Positions 7,607 through 14,299 of a stretch of 41,540 nt of DNA are shown here, piece by piece. The translations under genes were made by a program, and so were the position numbers. This DNA comes from an uncultured Candidatus Saccharibacteria bacterium. GTDB lineage: Bacteria; Patescibacteriota; Minisyncoccia; GCA-002772825. Where the stretch lies: NCBI GenBank assembly GCA_964363045.1, contig CAYIGM010000003.1, positions 1 to 41,540 on the forward strand, read 5' to 3'. The notes under the pieces were generated by a model, which worked only from the letters and a program-made list of their open reading frames with translations, ran no database searches and was not told the DNA's origin. Each line of letters begins with the position of its first letter. Position 1 is the stretch's first letter.

Positions 7607-8170
7607 AAAATATTGAATTAAAAGTAGAAGTTGATAATTTTGATGATATTATCGGCGTGCTGAAAAAAAGGCGCTAAATATAATGGCGAATTGTTTCAAA
7701 TAGACACCTATTATCATTGTGACCAAGGAAGACTGAAGTTAAGGGAGATAAATCATTCTGTCTTTGAGCTAATTTTTTATAAGAGGCCAAATAAATTTAG
7801 ATCCAAGATCTCTGAATATCAAATCATAGATATGCCAAAAATAAGTCTCGGAAGGATAAAATTAGAGTTGTCATCTATATATGGTGAAAAGAATATTGTT
7901 CGAAAGAAAAGAAATTTATGGATATATAAGAATACAAGAATACATCTTGATGATGTCTATGGCCTTGGAGGATTCTTAGAAATTGAGACAGTGGTGAAAA
8001 ATATTGATATCAAGCAAGCTAGAAAGGAGCACAGTGAAATTATATCCCTGTTGAATCTCTTGGAATATAAAAAAATAGATAAGTCTTATGGGGATTTGAT
8101 CCCCGTCATTCCTGTTAGGAAAGATATTTCGGTAGATAATACAATGATGAAGTGTCCATTGTTTTCCTAA
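7603..8170 (+). pseudogene. CYTH-domain protein (CyaB/class IV adenylate cyclase-like), interrupted by a frameshift in an A7 run
   Basis: MKNIELKVEVDNFDDIIGVLKK reads into a stop at 7675-7677. Removing one A from 7663-7669 restores ...LKKGAKYNGELFQIDTYYHCDQGRLKLRE..., which continues as ORF 7691-8170. Confidence 0.65.
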
Positions 8171-8201
8171 AAACAAACAATATCTATAAGTAAAAGGTAC
8201 G

Positions 8202-8246
8202 CTCTTCGTGGAGCTACCGAGGGGGTAGTAGATTTGACGGTAGTTT
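8202..8246 (+). repeat. 30-nt stub of the kinase 3' end plus a decayed leader remnant
   Basis: CTCTTCGTGGAGCTACCGAGGGGGTAGTAG matches ..FVELPRG* and the GTAGTAG start of the leader. It is followed by ATTGACGGTAGT, which matches the leader's TTGAC and GGTAGT blocks. Confidence 0.6.
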
Positions 8247-8249
8247 TTA

Positions 8250-8258
8250 TGGTATAAT
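8250..8258 (+). promoter_or_regulatory. extended -10 box TGgTATAAT, 6 nt upstream of the mntA GTG
   Basis: TG at 8250-8251 and TATAAT at 8253-8258. There is no SD before the start at 8265. Confidence 0.5.
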
Positions 8259-8264
8259 ACACCT

Positions 8265-8555
8265 GTGGAAAAGGATATTATTATTGAAAAATTAAATAAA
8301 ACCCTGCCGATTTTAAAGGAAAAATACAATGTGAAAAGCATGGGTGTCTTCGGCTCGTATATAAGAAATGAGGCAAAGGCAGGGAGTGATCTGGATATTT
8401 TAGTCACATTTGAAAAACCGATAGGATTGTTAAAATTTATAGAGCTGGAAAATTATCTTTCGGATATAACAGGAATAAAAGTTGATTTGGTATCTAAAAG
8501 GGCGCTTAAGCCCAGAATCGGAAAACAGATATTAGCGGAAGTTGTTAATATATAA
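8265..8555 (+). CDS. mntA: MntA-type nucleotidyltransferase antitoxin
   Basis: GVFGSYIRNEAKAGSDLDILV (GSxxR..SDxD polymerase-beta NTase motif), 96 aa, directly abutting a DUF86 gene. Confidence 0.85.
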   Translation: MEKDIIIEKLNKTLPILKEKYNVKSMGVFGSYIRNEAKAGSDLDILVTFEKPIGLLKFIELENYLSDITGIKVDLVSKRALKPRIGKQILAEVVNI

Positions 8556-8912
8556 GTGATGAAAAGAGATTATCTGGATTATCTTCAAGATATTATTGAC
8601 TCAATAAATGACATTGAGAGCTTTGTTAGTGGAATGAATTTTAATTCGTTTGAAAAAGATAAAAAGACTTTAAATGCAGTGGTAAGGAGTTTGGAAATAA
8701 TAGGTGAAGCTGTTAAAAAAATACCGGATGAGGTAAAAAATAAATACACTAACATTCCATGGAAAAATATGTCGGGAATGAGGGATAAATTGATCCACGA
8801 ATATTTTGGAATTGATGAAGATATCGTTTGGAGGGTTGCAGTAGAGGAATTGCCACCACTAAAGCCGTTTTTTGAAAAAATTTTAACAGAAACGGAAGGA
8901 GAAAATCTTTAA
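8556..8912 (+). CDS. hepT: HepT (DUF86/HEPN) toxin
   Basis: HEPN RX4H motif in RDKLIHEYFGID, 118 aa. The real start is probably the ATG at 8559. Confidence 0.85.
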   Translation: MMKRDYLDYLQDIIDSINDIESFVSGMNFNSFEKDKKTLNAVVRSLEIIGEAVKKIPDEVKNKYTNIPWKNMSGMRDKLIHEYFGIDEDIVWRVAVEELPPLKPFFEKILTETEGENL

Positions 8913-9081
8913 GAAATTCAATAGGGCTAAAGACGCCTCCAAGTTCAACACCGAAGGCTCCGGTCTCGGCCTCTATGTGGCCAAAGAGTTCATCACTAAA
9001 CACAATGGCCGCCTCTGGGCGGAGTCAGCTGGCGAAGGAAAGGGGAGCACCTTCTTCGTGGAGTTGCCGAGTGGGAAGTAG
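8902..9081 (+). pseudogene. histidine-kinase 3'-end fragment, copy 4 (more diverged)
   Basis: Encodes (E)KIFKKFNRAKDASKFNTEGSGLGLYVAKEFITKHNGRLWAESAGEGKGSTFFVELPSGK*. There is no start codon. The homology begins inside the last codons of hepT, in another frame. Confidence 0.85.
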
Positions 9082-9204
9082 TATCTTTCTTGTCTCTCGC
9101 GAATTGATTGACGATCTAATGGGGGGTGGTAGTCTGAAAGTAGAGAAGTTTGGTCTTTGAAAACTTAAACCATCCGCCTTGGCGGATAGAAGGGAGGTAG
9201 AGAG
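9082..9204 (+). promoter_or_regulatory. conserved leader copy D upstream of precursor peptide D
   Basis: Aligned from the TAG (9079-9204 versus 722-847) I count 3 mismatches in 126 nt, and the last 78 nt are identical. TTGACG at 9108-9113, TAGTCT at 9130-9135, hairpin at 9172-9187, GGGAGG at 9192-9197. Confidence 0.6.
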
Positions 9205-9348
9205 ATGAAGAAAACGAATCTAATGCCATTGATTCTTGATTTGGCGGAAAAAGTCGATGTCGTCTACGACAAGAGTGGTAGACAGGTTTGTTTCGCTGGT
9301 ACAACTCAGGGAACTTATGACGAACCTGACTCCGCTGGTCCCGACTAA
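9205..9348 (+). CDS. 47-aa candidate graspetide precursor D (MKKTNLMPLILDLAEKVDVVYDKSGRQVCFAGTTQGTYDEPDSAGPD)
   Basis: Translated by hand. Has a strong SD and sits immediately upstream of an MvdD/MdnC-like ATP-grasp gene. The C-terminus is rich in Thr/Ser plus Asp/Glu and contains TTQGTYDE. Confidence 0.7.
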   Translation: MKKTNLMPLILDLAEKVDVVYDKSGRQVCFAGTTQGTYDEPDSAGPD

Positions 9349-9353
9349 GCACA

Positions 9354-9397
9354 TTAGTTAGGATGGGCGAGGACACTTCCTCTCCCATCCTAACTAA
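9354..9397 (+). promoter_or_regulatory. intercistronic long stem-loop between precursor D and the ATP-grasp gene
   Basis: TTAGTTAGGATGGG (9354-9367) pairs with CCCATCCTAACTAA (9384-9397), with further inner pairing (one mismatch). There is no T-run. Confidence 0.65.
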
Positions 9398-9427
9398 CAC
9401 TTAACTAATAAAAAGGAGGTGATGGAC

Positions 9428-10357
9428 ATGATTTTAATAATCGGAAATAGTTCAGACAAGGCCAAGACCGTTGTAGATGAAATCAAGAAAATAAGCAAAA
9501 AGAAAGTCATCATCTTTAAAGCCGACAAATGCATAGAGGGAGAAGCTATAGGATTTTCCCTTATTAATGACAAGGCGATGTTATTTGCCGATATAAGTGG
9601 AAAAGATTTTGATTTAAATGAAGCAACATCCGTATGGTACTGGAAGCCGTTGTTGCCCAAGGTCTTGAGAACTATAGAGCCAGCAAGACATCAAATATTC
9701 ATCCATAGGCAGTTTTTAACAATATGGCGTTCAATTGCCAGTTGCCTATCTGACAGGATGTGGATCAATGACTACTACAAACTGTTAGAAGCCGAGAATA
9801 AGCCATACCAAATAAAGCTGGCTTCAGAAATCGGATTTGATATTCCAGATACTCTTATCACTTCTGATCCGAAAAGAGCAATAGATTTTTGGGAATATTG
9901 TGATAAGAAAATGATAATTAAAACTTTAGCTCTCAGTCAGACTGAAGATAGTATGATCTACACTAACAAAGTCACAGAGGAGATAATGCTAAAAATAGAA
10001 AGGCTGAGGTCGTCGCCAGTTATTATGCAGAAGCTAGTCCCCACAAAATACGGACTAAGGATAACTGTAGTGGGTGATGATATTTTCCCCGCTAGAGTTG
10101 AGAGTGACAGTGAAATCGATTGGCGTAGAAGTGAGATTAAACTCAAAAAATATCATCTACCTGGAGAAATTAAAGATAAATGTTTCTGCATGGTAAGGAA
10201 GTTAGGACTAAAGTATGGTTGTATAGATATGATACTCACACCTGATGGTAAATATGTTTTTCTGGAAATAAATCCAAATGGACAGTGGAGTTTTGTCGCA
10301 GAAAGGACGGGTATGCCGATTGGAGAGGCCATCGCACATTTGCTAGTTCACGAGTGA
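9428..10357 (+). CDS. MvdD/MdnC-family ATP-grasp ligase (graspetide / omega-ester peptide synthetase-like)
   Basis: SVWYWKP, ENKPYQIKLA, VIMQKLV, RITVVGDDIF, DWRR and CIDMILTPDGKYVFLEINPNGQW. The start is placed at the ATG 8 nt after AAGGAGG; the ORF track starts at the GTG at 9419. Confidence 0.8.
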   Translation: MILIIGNSSDKAKTVVDEIKKISKKKVIIFKADKCIEGEAIGFSLINDKAMLFADISGKDFDLNEATSVWYWKPLLPKVLRTIEPARHQIFIHRQFLTIWRSIASCLSDRMWINDYYKLLEAENKPYQIKLASEIGFDIPDTLITSDPKRAIDFWEYCDKKMIIKTLALSQTEDSMIYTNKVTEEIMLKIERLRSSPVIMQKLVPTKYGLRITVVGDDIFPARVESDSEIDWRRSEIKLKKYHLPGEIKDKCFCMVRKLGLKYGCIDMILTPDGKYVFLEINPNGQWSFVAERTGMPIGEAIAHLLVHE

Positions 10358-10360
10358 AAA

Positions 10361-10389
10361 GGGAGAAACATTTCGTTTCTCCCTTTTTT
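10361..10389 (+). terminator. rho-independent terminator
   Basis: GGGAGAAAC / GTTTCTCCC stem with a 5-nt loop, followed by TTTTTT. Confidence 0.8.
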
Positions 10390-10434
10390 GATTATTAAGA
10401 TCAAAATGCTAAAATAATACTATGAAATAATACT

Positions 10435-10971
10435 ATGATTAGAAACAAGAAATTACAACAGAAAGTCTTAAAAATGGCATCAATGGATCAAAAAGCAAGA
10501 AAACAGTTCGTAAACGATAGCCAGAATAAGAAATTAGCTAAGCGTATTTATAATTGTGATACTAAAAATATTATAAAAGCAAAAGAAATTATTAAGAAAT
10601 ATGGTTGGCCAACTTTTGATTTAGTCGGGAAAAGAGCTTCCGATGCTTTTTGGCTATTAGTCCAGCACTCTGATAGGGATATAAAGTTTCAAAAGAGGTG
10701 TTTGGCTCTTTTGAGAGAAGTGGTAGAAAATAAGCAGGCTCACTCCAAAAATTTGGCTTTCCTTACTGACAGGATTTTATCAGCTGAAAGTAAAAAGCAA
10801 AAATTTGGTACACAATTTATCTTTAAGAACGGAAGGGCTGTTGTAAAGCCGGTTCAGGACAGAAAGAATCTCAATAAAAGAAGAATCAAATATGGGTTAA
10901 ATACAATAGAGGAAAGAACAAAAGAGATAAATAAAGAGTACTCTAAGATGTTATCGTTGATGAAGAAATAA
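10435..10971 (+). CDS. hypothetical protein (resembles the DUF6624-type helical family)
   Basis: 178-aa ORF with GWPTFDLVGKRASDAFWLLVQHSD and LTDRIL motifs. The family assignment is from memory and is weak. Confidence 0.35.
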   Translation: MIRNKKLQQKVLKMASMDQKARKQFVNDSQNKKLAKRIYNCDTKNIIKAKEIIKKYGWPTFDLVGKRASDAFWLLVQHSDRDIKFQKRCLALLREVVENKQAHSKNLAFLTDRILSAESKKQKFGTQFIFKNGRAVVKPVQDRKNLNKRRIKYGLNTIEERTKEINKEYSKMLSLMKK

Positions 10972-10982
10972 ATAATATTTTG

Positions 10983-11028
10983 CTTAAACACTCAAATCCG
11001 CCGCGGCGGATAGAAAGGAGGTAGAGAG
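10983..11028 (+). promoter_or_regulatory. partial leader copy E (hairpin + SD only)
   Basis: CTTAAAC..ATCCGCCGCGGCGGATAGAAAGGAGGTAGAGAG matches the 3' third of leaders A and D. The stem is kept and the loop differs. Confidence 0.6.
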
Positions 11029-11055
11029 ATGGAAACAAGATGGTTTACTTGCTAG
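11029..11055 (+). pseudogene. 8-aa ORF METRWFTC*, probably the truncated remnant of a precursor-A-like gene
   Basis: The first 11 nt (ATGGAAACAAG) are identical to precursor A, after which the sequence diverges and stops. Confidence 0.45.
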
Positions 11056-11090
11056 TTTACTTATGTTTTTGAGCAGATTAAACTAGATAT

Positions 11091-12116
11091 ATGAATGAAT
11101 CGAGGGTAAAAATCAAATTATCTTATATAACAGGTCTAAGGGATGTTGTCTTAGGTGAGATAAATCAGTATTCAAAGCTTCATACACTCAAAGAAATTAA
11201 TGATTCTGTCTATTTGGATTATGTAGAAGACCTCAATGAGATTAAGAGATTAAGAAGTGTGTCTCGAGCTTACATTGTGTTGCAGGATTTTAAATACAAT
11301 CCACTTTATATTTCCAATCACAAATCAATCGTAGGTAATTTAATAGACATGGTCATCAATGAAGACAAAAATGCGTTTAAAACTTTTAAGATAACATGCG
11401 CCGGATCAAGCTCTCAGGAAGTTCGTAGTATTGCTGAATACATACAGATAACATATGGAGTGATGGAAAAAGAAGAAGCGGACATGAAAATACATATTAT
11501 AAAATCAGATGACGTGTGGGAAATAGGTATTCAGATCACTCATCGGCCACTTTCTGTACGAGGCTACAAAGTTAAAAATATGAGCGGGGCGATGGACCCG
11601 ACTATTGCATATGCTGTAAATTCATTTTGCGCGTTAGAGATGGCAAAAACCTATCTGAATGTTTTTTCCGGTAGCGCTACATTGCTTATTGAGGCAAGTC
11701 AATCTTATCCAGACTTAAAGGATTTAGGTGGTTTTGATAATGATAAAAAACATATTTCTTTAGCGGTGCAAAATATTAAGAAGGCCGGATTGATTAAAAA
11801 GATCAAACTAAAAGAGGCGGATATTTTTGATAAGCCAGATTTTGGGAAGTTTGATGCGGTAACATCTGATTTGCCGTTTGGTATGTCTATATCAAATGAC
11901 GAAGATTTGGAGGAGTTGTATAAAAGTTTTGTAGAATATTGCCAAGATGTATTAAGCCCGGATGGAAGGCTGGTTATTTATACGAATGAGAGCGAACTTC
12001 TGGAAAAGACTATTCAAGAATCGGAGTTTAAGATAGTAAAAACTCTAGAATTAAAATTCATAACATCGGTGGGCGCATATCTTCGCCCAAAGATTTTTGT
12101 GTGTAGGTTAAAATAA
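11091..12116 (+). CDS. THUMP-like domain + class I SAM-dependent methyltransferase (UPF0020 / RlmL-Trm14-like)
   Basis: AMDPTIAYAVNSF, FSGSATLLIE and the catalytic-loop-like SDLPFG, with an N-terminal ~150-aa ferredoxin/THUMP-like region. Confidence 0.55.
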   Translation: MNESRVKIKLSYITGLRDVVLGEINQYSKLHTLKEINDSVYLDYVEDLNEIKRLRSVSRAYIVLQDFKYNPLYISNHKSIVGNLIDMVINEDKNAFKTFKITCAGSSSQEVRSIAEYIQITYGVMEKEEADMKIHIIKSDDVWEIGIQITHRPLSVRGYKVKNMSGAMDPTIAYAVNSFCALEMAKTYLNVFSGSATLLIEASQSYPDLKDLGGFDNDKKHISLAVQNIKKAGLIKKIKLKEADIFDKPDFGKFDAVTSDLPFGMSISNDEDLEELYKSFVEYCQDVLSPDGRLVIYTNESELLEKTIQESEFKIVKTLELKFITSVGAYLRPKIFVCRLK

Positions 12117-12179
12117 GAGCGATGGTTGAATGACAAGAGGCAATATCTTTTATAAAATATATAAAAAGCTTTAATTCAT

Positions 12180-12302
12180 ATGGGTAAGTTCGTTAAAATA
12201 GGCTTCGGAGGATCTTATCGCTTCTCTATGAAAAATTGGAATAAATTAAAAAAAAGGTGGGCATCTATCGGCAAAAAATTTTATGAAAAAGAGCTTTTAT
12301 AA
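12180..12302 (+). CDS. 40-aa basic small ORF (MGKFVKIGFGGSYRFSMKNWNKLKKRWASIGKKFYEKELL)
   Basis: Translated by hand in a 230-nt intergenic gap. No homology recognised. Confidence 0.15.
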   Translation: MGKFVKIGFGGSYRFSMKNWNKLKKRWASIGKKFYEKELL

Positions 12303-12349
12303 AAAGATAATGGAATTTATTAAGAAAAATGATAGAATATTGATAATAT

Positions 12350-12814
12350 ATGCAAAAATTTCAAGCGGCGGAATCCCATATACATGTTATTGCCCGCGGG
12401 TTCCTTGTTCGTGGGAATGAAATTATTTTATGTAAGCCTAAAAATGCAGATTATTTTTTTCTCCCCGGAGGACATGTTGAAGATGGAGAATTTGCAAGAA
12501 CGGCACTTCTAAGAGAGTTAACCGAAGAAATTGGCGATAGCAATTATAAAATCAATTCTTTTATCGGAGTATGTGAAAATATTTTTCCCATAGATGAAAA
12601 TATATCTCAGCATGAAATAAATATTGTATTTGAAGTTGATGTTCCGAAAAATATTAAAATTGATAGCAAAGAATATCATATTGAATTTGTGATTATTAAA
12701 AAAGAAGATTTAAAAAAATATAAAATTTTACCTGCCTCACTTAAGGAAGGTCTTTTGGAGTGGTTTGAAGATATGAAACCTTTTTTAAAGGAAATCGATG
12801 TTTCTAATGAATAA
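12350..12814 (+). CDS. NUDIX hydrolase
   Basis: Nudix box GHVEDGEFARTALLRELTEEIGD. Confidence 0.85.
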   Translation: MQKFQAAESHIHVIARGFLVRGNEIILCKPKNADYFFLPGGHVEDGEFARTALLRELTEEIGDSNYKINSFIGVCENIFPIDENISQHEINIVFEVDVPKNIKIDSKEYHIEFVIIKKEDLKKYKILPASLKEGLLEWFEDMKPFLKEIDVSNE

Positions 12815-12847
12815 TTATATATATAGATATTTAAAATAATATAAATA

Positions 12848-13294
12848 ATGGATATAAATTTAAAAAAGGCATTAAGAATGACGATTCTCAAGCTAGAGGG
12901 TTTGGAATATCTTGTGATAGGATCGATGAGCCTTTATTTGCATGGAATTAATGTGTCACCAAGGGATATAGATATTATAACTACTCCGGAAATATTAGAG
13001 GAGATCATTGTTCGTCTGAAAGAATACCAAACGAAAGAAGTGTATTTCGATAAGACCGAGGGTAGAAATTCATGGAGGACATTTTTTGATATTGAGGGTA
13101 TTGAAGTGGAGGTTCTTGGTAATGTGGATAATCTCGCTTGGTCAAAAAATATTTCAGGTAATAAAGTTGTCGTTGAGTGTGATGGTATATTTATACCTTG
13201 TGTGTCTCTTGAAGCTTCTATTATTGCTTATGAGAAGATGCTCCGTTTGAAAAAGGTTGGATTGATAAAGAATTTCTTAAATAAGCCATGTTGA
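12848..13294 (+). CDS. nucleotidyltransferase-fold protein (putative)
   Basis: LVIGSMSLYLHGINVSPRDIDIITT resembles the GS..DxD minimal NTase motif. Confidence 0.4.
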   Translation: MDINLKKALRMTILKLEGLEYLVIGSMSLYLHGINVSPRDIDIITTPEILEEIIVRLKEYQTKEVYFDKTEGRNSWRTFFDIEGIEVEVLGNVDNLAWSKNISGNKVVVECDGIFIPCVSLEASIIAYEKMLRLKKVGLIKNFLNKPC

Positions 13295-13330
13295 TTTGAC
13301 ACTATCCTCGGTGTGTATTAGTATAAAAAT

Positions 13331-13453
13331 ATGAACAGAAATTATCACAAATTTAATAAGAAATTAAGAATCGCAATGACCTGTGGCTCGTTTGTCGCAT
13401 CTGGCGATGAACAGTTTTTATTCAACCGTGATAGTTTTAATCCTCTTATATAA
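13331..13453 (+). CDS. 40-aa small ORF (MNRNYHKFNKKLRIAMTCGSFVASGDEQFLFNRDSFNPLI)
   Basis: Translated by hand and followed by a strong terminator. No homology recognised. Confidence 0.2.
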   Translation: MNRNYHKFNKKLRIAMTCGSFVASGDEQFLFNRDSFNPLI

Positions 13454-13479
13454 AATAAAATTTATTTTAAAGAATTAGA

Positions 13480-13510
13480 AAAACCCCGGCTGGATGAAAG
13501 CCGGGGTTTT
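13480..13510 (+). terminator. rho-independent terminator
   Basis: AAAACCCCGGC / GCCGGGGTTTT stem with a 9-nt loop. Confidence 0.75.
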
Positions 13511-13557
13511 ATCTAGTAAAAAATAGTTCGTTAACAATCTAAACAGGGAGAAGAAAG

Positions 13558-14157
13558 ATGAAGAAGATTGAAGAGATGAAAAAGCCGGACGAAAAGAGAG
13601 TGATTTTTCTCAAAGGGAAGAAAGTTGTGCTTAGGCCTTTATGCAAAGAGACGGATTTGGATTCAATTTATCGGTGGATTAACGACCCGGAAGTGAATAA
13701 GTATGTGGAAGGGTATTTGCCGATGACCAAGGAAGCCGAGGCGGAGTGGATTGAAAAGGTCTCTAAAAACAAGGACATAATTCTCGCCATAGAGACATTT
13801 GGAGGCAGGCATATCGGCTCAATGGGTTTGCATAACATAAAGTGGAAAGACCGCATCGCCACCACTGGCGCTATGATAGGGGAGAAAGATTGTTGGGGCA
13901 AGGGCTATGGCACTGATGCGAAAATGATACTTCTTAATTATGCCTTTAATACGCTAAACTTGAGGAAGATATTCTCGTCCGTATTTAGTTTCAATAAGAG
14001 GAGTATCGCTTATAGTCTTAAATGCGGATACGAAGTAGAAGGATTGCTTAAGAGGCAGAGGTTTGTAAATGGCCGATACTACGACGAGGTGCTTCTCGGT
14101 GTCTTTAAGAAGAAGTGGCAATCCTTGTGGAGAGAGTATAAGAAAGGAATTAAATAG
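13558..14157 (+). CDS. GNAT family N-acetyltransferase (RimJ/RimL-like)
   Basis: Typical layout: LRPL..D...IYRWINDPEV, IGSMGLHNI, WGKGYGTDA. SD GGGAG lies upstream. Confidence 0.75.
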   Translation: MKKIEEMKKPDEKRVIFLKGKKVVLRPLCKETDLDSIYRWINDPEVNKYVEGYLPMTKEAEAEWIEKVSKNKDIILAIETFGGRHIGSMGLHNIKWKDRIATTGAMIGEKDCWGKGYGTDAKMILLNYAFNTLNLRKIFSSVFSFNKRSIAYSLKCGYEVEGLLKRQRFVNGRYYDEVLLGVFKKKWQSLWREYKKGIK

Positions 14158-14180
14158 CTCCACTGGCTGAAGTCCAGCCT

Positions 14181-14213
14181 AAGACCCCGCGATAATATCA
14201 ACGGGTCTTTTTT
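14181..14213 (+). terminator. probable terminator hairpin
   Basis: AAGACCC / GGGTCTT stem followed by TTTTT. The loop is rather long (15 nt). Confidence 0.45.
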
Positions 14214-14299
14214 ATAATAATATTGAGTATCCGGTGGCGAGTGTTAGCGTAATGGCGGATATGGATAAAATAGTATTTATTGTATAATATGAATATATT

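Noticed and set aside
3172-9081. Possibility that the spaced direct repeats form a CRISPR array or a set of attC-type sites.
   Set aside because: The repeats are 30-280 nt fragments of a protein-coding gene with variable left ends. The spacers are kilobase-sized gene sets. There is no short palindromic unit or regular spacing.
14214-14299. Possible T-box riboswitch upstream of trpS.
   Set aside because: The spacer is only about 90-140 nt and lacks the conserved T-box sequence and specifier-loop architecture. It has only a weak 6-bp hairpin (TATCCG/CGGATA).
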